Of a stretch of DNA of 64,000 nucleotides, positions 17,655-28,476 are shown piece after piece. The stretch spans positions 70,974 to 134,973 of the IMG/VR virus record IMGVR_UViG_2974629863_000001; one strand, 5' to 3'. The notes beneath the pieces are model-generated. The model was not told the DNA's origin and made no database searches. It saw nothing but the letters and a program-made list of their open reading frames with translations. The translations under genes were made by a program, and so were the position numbers. How positions within the stretch are numbered: the first letter of the stretch is position 1; each line of letters opens with the position of its first letter. Source of the stretch: a virus (Duplodnaviria; Caudoviricetes).

Positions 17655-18839
17655 ATGTTTCCAGTTGAACTACCAGGTGCTCAGGCTAATACAAAGCTTT
17701 GGTTACCGCCAGAAGCTATTGAACATGAAGCTTATGAGCAGCTTCTCAATGTATCTCGTCTGCCTTGGATTGACCGTCTAGCAGTGATGCCAGATTGCCA
17801 TTTCGGTAAGGGTGCAACGGTTGGCAGTGTCCTAGGAATGAAGAATGCCATTTCACCTAGTGCTGTTGGTGTTGACCTTGGTTGTGGTATGTCTGCAGTC
17901 AAGACCAGTCTTAATGCAAAGGATCTTCCAGAAGACCTAACTGCACTACGCACAAAAATTGAAGAGCAGATTCCCGTTGGACGTAATTCACACAAGTCTG
18001 AAGTTAAGTACCAGCGTCTAGAAGTAAACCAGCAGGACGTTACAAAGCTTTGGAATGATGCTAAGTCACTCAATGCAGATGTAAAGAATCGTCTAGATTA
18101 TGCAGCTAATCAGGTTGGTACTCTAGGTGGAGGCAACCACTTTATCGAGATTTGTCTAGATGAGCAAGAAGATGTTTGGGTTATGCTTCATTCAGGTTCT
18201 CGAAACATCGGTAAGGTAATTGCAGAATCTCACATTGCAGTTGCTAAGGCACAGGAACACAACTTTGATCTTCCAGATCGTGATCTAGCTGTATTGCTAG
18301 AGAACACTGATGAGTTCAATAGTTATGTTTATGATGTTTATTGGGCGCAGCGCTATGCACGTATCAATCGTGAGGTTATGTTAGGAATCTTCAAAAAGAT
18401 TCTTCGACACGAGTTCCCAGAAATTAAGTTCGAGGATAATATCAGTTGTCACCACAACTACATCGACACTGAACACATCGACGGTGTAGACTTGATAGTG
18501 ACCCGCAAGGGAGCAATTCGAGCGGGAGAAGGGCAGCTAGGGCTTATTCCTGGTTCTATGGGAACGGGTAGCTACGTTGTTCGTGGTCTCGGTAATGCCG
18601 ATTCTATGTTCTCAGCTTCTCACGGAGCAGGACGTAAGATGTCTCGTTCTAAGGCTAAGAAGACATTTACGGTAGATGATCTAGCAGAGCAGACGCTAGG
18701 TGTAAATTGCCGGAAGGATCAGGGAGTTGTAGATGAAATTCCTGGTGCCTATAAAGATATCAATGAAGTAATTAAGCGTCAGGAATCACTAGTAGAACCC
18801 CTACATTTCCTGAGACAAATTCTATGTGTAAAGGGGTAG
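17655..18839 (+). CDS. rtcB: RtcB family RNA 2',3'-cyclic phosphate/5'-OH ligase
   Basis: VMPDCHFGKG, VGVDLGCG, GTLGGGNHFIE, HSGSRNIG, CHHNY, RKGA, PGSMG, SHGAGRKMSR, DEIPGAYK, VKG. Confidence 0.97.
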   Translation: MFPVELPGAQANTKLWLPPEAIEHEAYEQLLNVSRLPWIDRLAVMPDCHFGKGATVGSVLGMKNAISPSAVGVDLGCGMSAVKTSLNAKDLPEDLTALRTKIEEQIPVGRNSHKSEVKYQRLEVNQQDVTKLWNDAKSLNADVKNRLDYAANQVGTLGGGNHFIEICLDEQEDVWVMLHSGSRNIGKVIAESHIAVAKAQEHNFDLPDRDLAVLLENTDEFNSYVYDVYWAQRYARINREVMLGIFKKILRHEFPEIKFEDNISCHHNYIDTEHIDGVDLIVTRKGAIRAGEGQLGLIPGSMGTGSYVVRGLGNADSMFSASHGAGRKMSRSKAKKTFTVDDLAEQTLGVNCRKDQGVVDEIPGAYKDINEVIKRQESLVEPLHFLRQILCVKG

Positions 18840-19303
18840 CCGTAGCAGCAATAGCGATGCTAGTTCTATTCTCGCTATTCTCTGCATATCAACAGGATGA
18901 ACGTCGCATTTCTAATTGTAAATCAGTTGGAGGCTATCCGTCATCCGGTCAATGCTTGATCGTAAAAGATAATAAGATAGTTGAAATAGAGTATAAGGAA
19001 TACAATGGCTAAAGGTACATTAAAGGTAGAAGAAGTAGAAAAAGTTGTAAAGGTAGATGAGAAGTCTGTAGTTCTAGAGTTTTCTCTAGAAGAAGCTCAG
19101 GCTTTGTACGATGTATTTTGTCGAATTGGTGGACATCCACGTGCTTCACGTCGAGGTCATATTAAGTCAATTCAAGAAGCACTAAAGTCTGTTGTTCATT
19201 TAGAACTTGGACATCCTAGGGTCGGAGTTATGTATAATGAGGCAGACATTGCAGGACATCTTAGTTTCCGAGATACCATTCAAATTGATGAGGATTCAGA
19301 CTG

Positions 19304-19690
19304 GTGAATAAAATTAGGACCGCTCTAGTAGCAACAGTAGCAGCAACCGCATTGATTCTTACAGGTTGTTCGACTAATAACAATTCGACTCAGACAATTT
19401 GTGTAGATCGAAAGACACAGGTTCGCTACAGTGATGATCGTTGCAATCGTAATGATCCTAATATGATGTGGTGGTATCTTCCATCTAACAAGTCTAAGCC
19501 AAAGGTTACTCAGAAGGTTACTGAAGGATCTTCTCAGAAGCCTACGAGTGCTCCAAAGCCTAAGACAGATGCGCCCAAGGTTGATACTAAGAAGTCTAGT
19601 CCTGCACCTAAGTCCAACAGTGGATCATCTAGTAAGTCTAGTGGTGGAGGTTATCGAGCACCCGCACCAGCACCAAGGGCCGGTAAGTAG
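19304..19690 (+). CDS. Lipoprotein with Ser/Lys/Pro-rich low-complexity tail
   Basis: Signal peptide with LTGC lipobox. Confidence 0.6.
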   Translation: MNKIRTALVATVAATALILTGCSTNNNSTQTICVDRKTQVRYSDDRCNRNDPNMMWWYLPSNKSKPKVTQKVTEGSSQKPTSAPKPKTDAPKVDTKKSSPAPKSNSGSSSKSSGGGYRAPAPAPRAGK

Positions 19691-20111
19691 ATGATTGATG
19701 GACAAGTCCTATATGGACAGAAACAAATCACTTCTACTCTGAGTCTATATGGAAAAGGTGTATTCAACGCCAAGAAGGAATCAATCAGTGTTCAGACTGT
19801 AATTGGCAATGATCAAACGGACACTGCAGTTCCATTCAGGTTTGAATTTGAATTCGAGGTAGATGATCTAGAAGAAAACTATACTTTCCTAGGTGATGAT
19901 CTTATGGATTATGCTATGGACCAGTTTCTCAATGATCTATTTTCAGAGTTCTTAACCAATCCTATCGGACAAGATAATCCATCTAAGGAATTCATGGATG
20001 ATGTTCTAGAACACTTCCGGTTTCAGAATTCTTTAGAAGATTGGATTAATAATTTCGAAGGTTGATCTGTGATAGAATGATAGACGCTGCAACACCTGTG
20101 GTTGCAGTTAT

Positions 20112-20189
20112 CTGCGTGTAGCTCAGCTTGGTCAGAGTGTTCCGTTTGGGGCGGAAAAGCCGGAGGTTCGAATCCTCTCACGCAGACCA
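20112..20189 (+). tRNA. trnP: tRNA-Pro(UGG), CCA encoded
   Basis: ctgcgtg/cacgcag, ttccg-tttgggg-cggaa; own extended -10 tgtgaTAGAAT at about 20068-78. Confidence 0.95.
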
Positions 20190-21488
20190 TTTAATCTAAC
20201 TAAGGATGCAATATGCATACACTTCTTGAAAAGAACATCGTAGTGTCCCGCGTGGATGGAAATCCATTTAGTGAAGAAGACATCAAAGCCCTTGTGCGAA
20301 ATGGAATAATAAATTATCCAGCGGGATTATATTTATCAAACGGACAACAGTTTTTTGAAGTGCGTGATCGCATAAAAAGACAGTTCAATCAAAAAGAGGG
20401 TCTGTCTAAGCGAAGATTTTGGAAAGATTATTTCATTGAAGTCAGAGGATTTCTTAATCCTGTTCAACCTAGGCAACCACAAGACCTTGGTGATGATTGG
20501 ACCACAGTAAAGGATAAAACTAAACCCTTCGAAAAATAGGAGTCAAGATGAATGCATTTTGGATTGACCTAAACAACGAAGATTCAGAATTTAAAACGCT
20601 ATTCATGAAAAGAATTTATAATCTACAACTATTCGATGAAATTTCCAATTGGTTCAACTATGAAGGAATGTAATGGGTATTTTTGTTCTAGCAGTATATA
20701 TTATTGGTTGGCTAATTACCTCCATCATTATCTTTTCAACATACGATACAGACATCGTTGACAAAATCGAAGACTTTGATGATTTTATGCTGGAATCGCT
20801 GCGATTACTTGCATCTGTAGTATATGCATTGCTTTGGCCTGTTATTATTCCCGTTGGGATTTTGTACCTATTCTTTGGAATTCTGTATAGAATTTTTCTT
20901 GGTATTCGCTGGTTTATTGACTATGTACACAATAAGGACTTAAAATGAAAGTATCAAAATTAATCGAAATGCTATCAGAGTGCGATTCAGATGAAGAAGT
21001 CCGTCTCAATATTTCAGACGGCTACACCCGACAACCCTATGATATCGGAGAATGTTGGTTTGATGATTATGATTTGTGTGGTCTAGTTGAAGACGAAGAC
21101 CCCGACAAAGACTACGATGGTCTAAAAAAAGTTGTAGTCATATGGTAGGAGAATAATGGCAAAGTCATTTCTAACATATCTTCTCACTATTGTAGTGGTA
21201 GCAGCACTGATAGCTACTTTTATGGTTTCAATGTGGGTTGATTACGACCGTACTTGTTATAAACAAGGCGGGGAGATTAAAGATCATGTATGCACAGTAG
21301 AAATCAAATAAGGGAATAAAAATGATTGTTAATAACTGGAAGTATCATTCCGACATCTGCGATTACATTGCAATCTTCGATGGAACTAATTGGAGAGAGC
21401 TTCGACTAGACAAGCAGACGGGCAAAATGCAGTTTGCCAAAGATCCAATTAGTGTAGAGAAAGTTCGTACAGAATTTGAGGCTATGCT

Positions 21489-22376
21489 GTGATTGAACTA
21501 TATACAAAGGTTGGCAATAGGGTCTTCCTTATTGATGAAGATCCTTTCATGAAGTTCCCAGGTGGAGAACTACACATGAAGGCAGAACCTAAGACCTTTG
21601 GAGGAAAAGAAATTGCTTGGGTCTCAGGTACAGATGTAGAAGATTACATCAAGCTAGCTATGTGGTCAGATATGGTTTATGATCAAGGTGGAGAAGCACA
21701 CGCTATTATTCCTTATCTGCCAGCAGCGCGGGCCGATAGAGGGACACCTAATGGATCAGCTATTTACTCTGAGCTAATCGCAATTACAAGAAACCTATCT
21801 ACTCTAAGTTATGTAGATGCACATAGTAGTGTAATGCCAAACTACCTAAAGCTAAAGATGCCTGGTGTAGTTCATCGTCATTTCACATCGGATGCATTCT
21901 TGTCACATGGATCATCCTGCATTAGATCTACGCAATTTGGAAGCTTTAAGGACATTAATATCGATGCAGTTATTTCACCTGACAAGGGTGCAACCGAACG
22001 CGCAATTCTTTGGGCAGAAAAATTTAATGCACCACTCGTGCAGGCAGGCAAGACACGTGACCCGAAAACTGGTAGTCTAAGTGGGTTCGAGTGCGACGAC
22101 CTGCCTTTCACTTCGCATGATAAGAACTATCTAATTGTTGATGATATCTGTGATGGTGGCGGTACATTCAATGGGCTGGTTGATTATCTAGGATCACGAG
22201 AACGAAAAGGACTAGATTCTAAGTTTTACCTATTCACAACTCATGGTATTTATTCCAAGGGGCTAGATGAATTGAAGAATAGATTTGCTGGCATATGGAC
22301 TACAGATAGCTTAGAAAAAAAGAGCAATGATGTAGGAATCCTGAAAATCAAAACCAAACTACTAGAAAGTATTTAA
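21489..22376 (+). CDS. Ribose-phosphate pyrophosphokinase-like protein (candidate ADPR-PP synthase of NARP1)
   Basis: FPGGE, IPYLPAARADR, DAHS, SPDKGA, KTRD, LIVDDICDGGGTF, THGIYSKG. Confidence 0.85.
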   Translation: MIELYTKVGNRVFLIDEDPFMKFPGGELHMKAEPKTFGGKEIAWVSGTDVEDYIKLAMWSDMVYDQGGEAHAIIPYLPAARADRGTPNGSAIYSELIAITRNLSTLSYVDAHSSVMPNYLKLKMPGVVHRHFTSDAFLSHGSSCIRSTQFGSFKDINIDAVISPDKGATERAILWAEKFNAPLVQAGKTRDPKTGSLSGFECDDLPFTSHDKNYLIVDDICDGGGTFNGLVDYLGSRERKGLDSKFYLFTTHGIYSKGLDELKNRFAGIWTTDSLEKKSNDVGILKIKTKLLESI

Positions 22377-22426
22377 CAGATCATCGACTACAAGTATTAA
22401 GTCCTCATATGTGTTACAATTAGTCA

Positions 22427-22960
22427 ATGATAAGAATATGTGGATTTGAAAATTGTAGTAGAGAAATTAAGTGGTCTGGATTGTGTGCTTCTCATGCATC
22501 CCAAAAGAATCGTGGAGAAGAGCTAAAGCCTCTGAAACTACCAAAGTTGGGTTGTGACTTTGAAGGTTGCGATAAGCCTCACCGAAGCAAGGGCTATTGC
22601 AATAGTCACGTTGCTCAATTGAATAGAGGAAAACCTCTTACAAAGATAAATGAGAAAATAAATGTAGGTTTTAGACGCCAAGACGGATACATAGCTTTGT
22701 TCAAACCGGATCATCCAGAATCTTCAAAGTCTGGACATATTATGGAACATAGATATGTAATGTCGGAGCATCTAGGCAGACCTTTAAAGAAATGCGAAAA
22801 CGTACACCATATAAACGGAGTGCGAGATGATAATCGAATAGAAAATCTAGAGCTTTGGGTCCGACCACAACCAAATGGACAAAGAGTAGATGATCTACTT
22901 GATTGGGTAATTGAAAATTACAATTCAGAACTACAAGAAAGATTAAAAAATGAAGTTTAA
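22427..22960 (+). CDS. HNH homing endonuclease inserted between the PRS-like and NAMPT-like genes
   Basis: Two C-x4-C..C..H repeats; EHRYVM...GRPL...ENVHHINGVRDDNRIENL; upstream tgtTACAAT. Confidence 0.9.
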   Translation: MIRICGFENCSREIKWSGLCASHASQKNRGEELKPLKLPKLGCDFEGCDKPHRSKGYCNSHVAQLNRGKPLTKINEKINVGFRRQDGYIALFKPDHPESSKSGHIMEHRYVMSEHLGRPLKKCENVHHINGVRDDNRIENLELWVRPQPNGQRVDDLLDWVIENYNSELQERLKNEV

Positions 22961-24443
22961 CATTCTAAACCAAATTGACGCTTATAAACTGGACCACCGG
23001 AGGCAGTATCCTGAAGGAACTACATATGTTCTTTCCAACTTCACTCCCCGAACCTCTCGTATTGAGGGTGTCGATAAGGTTGTCTTCTTTGGCCTACAGG
23101 CTTTTCTAGACGACTTCCACGAAGGATTTAAGGAATTCTTTGAAAGTGATGTTGATGAGGTCTGCGCAGCATATGAGCAGAACACTACCGATATTCTAGG
23201 TCCGAATGATGTAGGATCAGACCACATTCGAGCACTACACGCACTTGGTTATGTTCCGCTGAAGATCAAGGCACTGCCAGAAGGTGTTAGTGTTAACCTG
23301 AAGGTTCCGATGTTCACTGTAGAAAACACTGTTGCAGAATTCTTCTGGCTTGTTAACTACTTTGAATCAGCAGTCTCAGCAGCAGTTTGGCTACCTTGCA
23401 CGTCTGCTACTCAGGCTAAGCATTACCGTGATCTTCTAGACGCTTGGGCCGATAAGACTGGTGGAGCTACGGCAGGTGTAGATTTCCAGCTACACGACTT
23501 CTCTTTCCGTGGACTAAGTTCTATTCAGTCAGCAGCCTCTAGCGGAGCAGGTCACCTTATTTATTTCCTCGGTAGCGATTCACTTCCGTCTAAGGATTTC
23601 ATTAAGAATCATTATGGACCAGCTCTAGAGCCAGTTCTACTAAGTGTTCCTGCAACAGAGCACAGTGTAATGTGCGCGGGCGGCAATGAGACAGAACTAG
23701 AAACCTTTGACCGTCTACTAGATCTATATCCATCAGGAATCGTATCAGTAGTATCAGATACATGGGATCTATGGAATGTTATTGGCAAGATTCTACCTGA
23801 GCTAAAAGACAAGATCCTTGCACGAGACGGTAACCTTGTTATCCGTCCTGATTCAGGTGATCCAGCAGATATTCTTTGTGGAACAGTAAAGGCTGGACTT
23901 CGACCGGGGGATCATTATGTCTTATCAGCGAAGACACCAGAGGAAAAGGGTGTAATCGAACTATTGTGGGATCTATTTGGTGGAACTATTAATGAAAAGG
24001 GATTTAAAGAACTTGATCCGCACATTGGTGCTATCTACGGCGACTCTATTACTTTTGATCGTGCTGATGATATTTGTCAGCGTCTTGCTGATAAAGGATT
24101 CGCTAGTGGCAATGTGGTCTTCGGTGTTGGTTCGTACACGTATCAGTACGTCACCCGCGATACATTCGGCTTCGCAATGAAGGCAACGTATGTAGAGGTT
24201 AATGGAGAAGGTAAGGCGATCTTCAAAGATCCTATTACCGACTCAGGGACAAAGAAGTCTGCAAAGGGGCTTCTAGCAGTTCTACGCACAAAGGATGGTG
24301 ACTTCGAACTAGTCGATGAACTCACCAAGGAGCAGCTAGAGAATATTCATGATGTCAACTGGCTACAGACTGTTTATGACAATGGCAGTTTTGTTCAGTC
24401 AATTTCATGGCAAGATGTAAAGTCTAATGCTGGACGAGTCTAA
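22950..24443 (+). CDS. Nicotinamide phosphoribosyltransferase-like protein (candidate Namat of NARP1)
   Basis: DAYKLDHRRQYP, VFFGLQ, HDFSFRG, ATEHSVMC, SVVSDTWD, IRPDSGDP, IYGDSIT, TRDTFGFAMKAT, KDPITDSGTKKSAKG. Confidence 0.92.
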   Translation: MKFNILNQIDAYKLDHRRQYPEGTTYVLSNFTPRTSRIEGVDKVVFFGLQAFLDDFHEGFKEFFESDVDEVCAAYEQNTTDILGPNDVGSDHIRALHALGYVPLKIKALPEGVSVNLKVPMFTVENTVAEFFWLVNYFESAVSAAVWLPCTSATQAKHYRDLLDAWADKTGGATAGVDFQLHDFSFRGLSSIQSAASSGAGHLIYFLGSDSLPSKDFIKNHYGPALEPVLLSVPATEHSVMCAGGNETELETFDRLLDLYPSGIVSVVSDTWDLWNVIGKILPELKDKILARDGNLVIRPDSGDPADILCGTVKAGLRPGDHYVLSAKTPEEKGVIELLWDLFGGTINEKGFKELDPHIGAIYGDSITFDRADDICQRLADKGFASGNVVFGVGSYTYQYVTRDTFGFAMKATYVEVNGEGKAIFKDPITDSGTKKSAKGLLAVLRTKDGDFELVDELTKEQLENIHDVNWLQTVYDNGSFVQSISWQDVKSNAGRV

Positions 24444-24750
24444 ACTAGAACCATATGACCCGACGCCGTTTAATGAAATCAATAGGCTGCGTCGGGCTAT
24501 GGTCGTCCATTCATACATCTACTATAAGTTAAACAGAAACATTATTTCAGATGCTGAATTTGATGCACGTGCTATGCAACTTGTTAAGTTACAAGCAGAT
24601 TATCCAGAAATATCAGAATCAGTTCCTTATGAACTAGAAGCGTTTAGAGATTTCGAAGGCTCAACTGGATTCAATTTGCCTTATAATGATAGAACTCATA
24701 ATCTGGCAATGAGCCTTTTGATGAAAAGAGGAATGATAGAAGATGCCTGA
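24427..24750 (+). CDS. Stand-alone NAD-dependent DNA ligase domain-Ia-like protein
   Basis: INRLRR...HSYIYY.....ISDAEFD.....L..L...YPE. Confidence 0.65.
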   Translation: MLDESKLEPYDPTPFNEINRLRRAMVVHSYIYYKLNRNIISDAEFDARAMQLVKLQADYPEISESVPYELEAFRDFEGSTGFNLPYNDRTHNLAMSLLMKRGMIEDA

Positions 24751-25330
24751 AAAGTATCTAACATTAGCAAGTCGTAATCGTCCGTGGGTAGACACTAGCA
24801 ATCTCAAGCGAATAGTAGAAGCCAATCGTTTTGATAGATACGGTGCTCATCAAAGGCAAATTATGATGAAGGTTTGGGTTCTTAACGATAAAGACGATTC
24901 ATATATTTATGCAGGTGCAATTGATCTTGCATACTTACCAGCGAAAGAAGATATGGATGCGTTTTTGAAAGATTTCTTAAAGAAAGTAGAAGATGTCGAA
25001 TCTTAGTTTATTTTACAAAGCATACAAAGAGTGCTCCGGTGACTATGGTGCTGATCTAGATGATATGGTCTATTGGATTAGACGCCAAGGCCATGAAATC
25101 GAGCAGGTTAAGCATGAAATTATCGACACTAACCGTTGGAGCTATATCACAGAAACTACATTTAAACTCGATGATGAGTATTATGTTGTGACTGAAGATA
25201 TTGGCGCAACGGAGAATCAAGAAAATGGCGGAGTTGTTTCCGCTTGTCAGGTAGAAGCGGTAGTAGTAGCTCGAACAGAGTACGTACCGATTAAAGATGA
25301 ACACATTTCGTTCTAAAGGAGAACAATAAA

Positions 25331-25537
25331 ATGGCAGAATCACAGTCAAGTGGAATTGGCCTAGGTGGACTCCTAGGTGTAACATTTATCGTATTAAAGC
25401 TAACCGGCGTCATTGCTTGGAGTTGGCTATGGGTTCTAGCACCCTTCTGGATTCCGATTGCAATTGTTTTAGTAGTCTTAGTCGGCCTAGGACTTATTGC
25501 AGGAGTAGCCAAGATCGCAGGAGTAGATAAGCTTTGA
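25331..25537 (+). CDS. Small membrane protein
   Basis: FIVLKLTGVIAWSWLWVLAPFWIP hydrophobic helices. Confidence 0.6.
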   Translation: MAESQSSGIGLGGLLGVTFIVLKLTGVIAWSWLWVLAPFWIPIAIVLVVLVGLGLIAGVAKIAGVDKL

Positions 25538-25797
25538 AGTTAGTTATCTTTGGACAAGACATTGAAAACTGTGGACCCTGCAAGCTATATGAGCCGGTAG
25601 TGAAGAAGCTTATTGCAGAAGGATATACAGTAGAAAGACACGAAGCATTTACACCTGAGGGAGAACATAATCCTCTTAATGCTGAGTACGGTGTAGTTAG
25701 AACACCAACAACTATCATCTATGACGATGATGTAGAAGTACATCGTTTTGAAGGAGCAAGGCCTTTCAGCTTTGTTACTGATCTACTTAAGGATTAA
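25534..25797 (+). CDS. Thioredoxin/glutaredoxin-like protein
   Basis: CGPC, YGVVRTPT, RFEG. Confidence 0.8.
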   Translation: MKLVIFGQDIENCGPCKLYEPVVKKLIAEGYTVERHEAFTPEGEHNPLNAEYGVVRTPTTIIYDDDVEVHRFEGARPFSFVTDLLKD

Positions 25798-25972
25798 TAT
25801 GCCAACTTTAAGTCAGTTTATCAAGGAAAATCCAGAGTATAAAGATTATTGGAATTCTTTAAATACTCGGGAGAAAATGGCCGAAATGATGCTGAATCGA
25901 CGTGAATCTAGAAAAGAAATCGAAAAGAGATTAAAGATCGTTTTAATCGGTGACAAAAAGGTATAAAACACT

Positions 25973-26560
25973 ATGACAATGTTCTTTTCGTCAGACCATC
26001 ATCTCTGGCATCAGAATATTCTCAAGTTCGACAATCGTCCGTTTGCCACGATAGAAGAAATGAATGAGCAACTAATTCTCAGACACAACTCTATCGTGGC
26101 ACCGGATGATGAATGGCACGCACTCGGTGATATGCTCATGGGACTTAAGTTCAAAGAGCACACCGAAATCTTCTCAGAGTTCAATGGAAATAAGAAGCTC
26201 TACTCTGGCAATCACGATAGAACTTCTGCAACCAATAAACTAAGAGAACGCAGAGACTTTTGGCCTTGCTATTCTAAACACTTTACAATGATGCCTGATA
26301 ACTTTCAGGTCAAAGTAAAAGATCACGTATTTAATGTCAGTCATTTTCCATATGACGGTGATCATATGGAGAAAGATAGATACGAAGAATACCGTCTAGA
26401 AGATAAGGGAGTCCCTCTTATCCACGGCCATACTCATTCAAAGAAGAAGTTTTCTTACTCTAAGAATGGCACTCTGCAAATCTGTGTGTCTGTCACTGCT
26501 TGGGACTATTACCCTGCACATGAGAATGAAATTATAGAAATATTGGAGAAGCACGGATGA
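25973..26560 (+). CDS. Calcineurin-like metallophosphoesterase
   Basis: SDHH, LGD, GNHD, SHFP, IHGHTH. Confidence 0.9.
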   Translation: MTMFFSSDHHLWHQNILKFDNRPFATIEEMNEQLILRHNSIVAPDDEWHALGDMLMGLKFKEHTEIFSEFNGNKKLYSGNHDRTSATNKLRERRDFWPCYSKHFTMMPDNFQVKVKDHVFNVSHFPYDGDHMEKDRYEEYRLEDKGVPLIHGHTHSKKKFSYSKNGTLQICVSVTAWDYYPAHENEIIEILEKHG

Positions 26561-27167
26561 CTCAAAAAGATGTAAGTACTAACTTCATCATTGCACTATT
26601 AACTGTAGGATTGTTTGGACTTTCCTTCTTTATCAGTATCCCTGCGGTATTGATTCTTGCGCCGATCTGGATTTGGCATGGTTTTGCACTTGTTATTTTC
26701 TGGATTGCAGTTGGACTTATTCGAGTTACTGAAGGTCCAGGAGCAATTAGAAAGTTTCAGGCTTTAGTACTAAGTCTACAAACTGAAAAACTAAAGCAAG
26801 AGCTAAAGGAGTCCGAAAATGACTAGCCTACCGTTCGATCCAGAAAATCTCGATTTGGTAACGGTTGCCGAGTTTTCCCGCTTTGACCTGGACTTCGACC
26901 ACGACCGCGTGGTAGTCTTTAAGGACACAGACGGCCACTACTACCTAGCAATCGACTTCTACAATGATGATGATATTCCATTCGAGCTTTTTAAATCAAT
27001 CAATGATTTAGATGGACCATTCAATTTCCATGAAGTAATTCGAGAGATGGAAAAGCTTGTGGATAATGCAGGAGATGTAGAAAAGGCCAATGTATCTTTT
27101 GCACTTGCAGTAGATTCATTGATTAACGATAGGCACATGTAATAAGTCTGGTCCACTTACGGACTGC

Positions 27168-27241
27168 GCTCTGTTCGTCTAATCGGTTAAGACTCCGTAC
27201 TCATAATACGGACAATGAGAGTTCAAGTCTCTCGCAGAGCA
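27168..27241 (+). tRNA. tRNA(CAU), elongator Met or Ile2
   Basis: gctctgt/gcagagc, ccgta-ctcataa-tacgg, gagag-ttcaagt-ctctc. Confidence 0.9.
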
Positions 27242-27795
27242 CATGCACTATGTTGAAATATGTCCTAGAGGATGGGGCAAAAATATTAGAAGGAAGCAGC
27301 GTATGTCTCATCACAAGTATTTCTTGTATCTCGTTGAAAAGTTAAATAATGACTTTGAAGTTGCAGTTGCAGCAGGTCACGGTTTTGCTCATAGGCCTGT
27401 AGGAGAGACCAGAAACGCCGGGTGGACAGAACTAGACGACTTCTCTAATACAAGATCAGGATATGATAAAGCATTCCTGAGACTATTCAATCCAGAACGG
27501 ACTATGAAAGACATTAAAGCTAAGTACGAACAACTAACCACAAGGCACCACACTCAAGAAGTGCATGTTAGTAAAATCCCTACTTGTAGTTGTGGAGATC
27601 CTGAACCCTGTGAGTACAAAGAAGTACTACTAGCATCATATGATCCAGAAGAATGGGCAAACCTAGAATGAGATATAAAGTATACCGAGGCGATTCACTA
27701 GATAGCCTATTTTCAACCAAACAGGCAGCTATGTTCTATGTAAATAGAATGAACCACATGAATGAAACTGCCATTTACCGATGGGAAGAAGTAGA

Positions 27796-28476
27796 ATGAA
27801 AGATTCACTTGGCGACCGTATGAAGTCATACGAAGCCGTTTACAATCACACACTTACTCCGAATAGCTGTGTCTTCATTCGTGTAGATGGTCGTGCTTTT
27901 CACACCTTCACTAAGAATCTAGAAAAGCCTTTTGATTCTAAGTTTATGGCATCAATGGAACATTCAGCTCTGCAGGTTGCAAAAGAAATGCAAGGTTTCA
28001 AGCTTGCATATGTTCAGTCAGATGAAGCTACTTTTATGTTGACTGACTTTGACACTCCTCAGAGCCAGTCCTGGTTTGCTAATGAACTAAATAAGCTGGT
28101 TTCTATTACTGCTAGTCTTATGTCTGTTCACTTCAATGATGTATTTCGATCAGATAAACTAGCTGTATTTGATGCACGTGCTTTTGTGGTTCCTGTAGAC
28201 GATGCACCTAATGTTTTTGTTTGGCGTCAAAAAGATTGGCTACGAAATTCATTGCAAATGTATTGTCAGTCTGTCTTTACGCACAAGGAAATGCAAGGCA
28301 AGAAGACTAGTGATCTTCACGATATGCTATATGCAAAGGGTCTAAGTTGGTCTTCGCTTCCAAGTGTGGTAAAGAATGGCACATTTATTAATTACGATTT
28401 CTCGACTAGGCCATTCTCATATGATTATGCCGACATTAGAGAATACATTGATGAGGCAATTAATGCGAAGCGATGA
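27796..28476 (+). CDS. thg1: tRNA(His) guanylyltransferase Thg1/TLP (3'-5' polymerase)
   Basis: RMKSYE, IRVDGRAFHTFT, YVQSDE, KLVS, FDARAF, WRQKD..RNS. Confidence 0.93.
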   Translation: MKDSLGDRMKSYEAVYNHTLTPNSCVFIRVDGRAFHTFTKNLEKPFDSKFMASMEHSALQVAKEMQGFKLAYVQSDEATFMLTDFDTPQSQSWFANELNKLVSITASLMSVHFNDVFRSDKLAVFDARAFVVPVDDAPNVFVWRQKDWLRNSLQMYCQSVFTHKEMQGKKTSDLHDMLYAKGLSWSSLPSVVKNGTFINYDFSTRPFSYDYADIREYIDEAINAKR

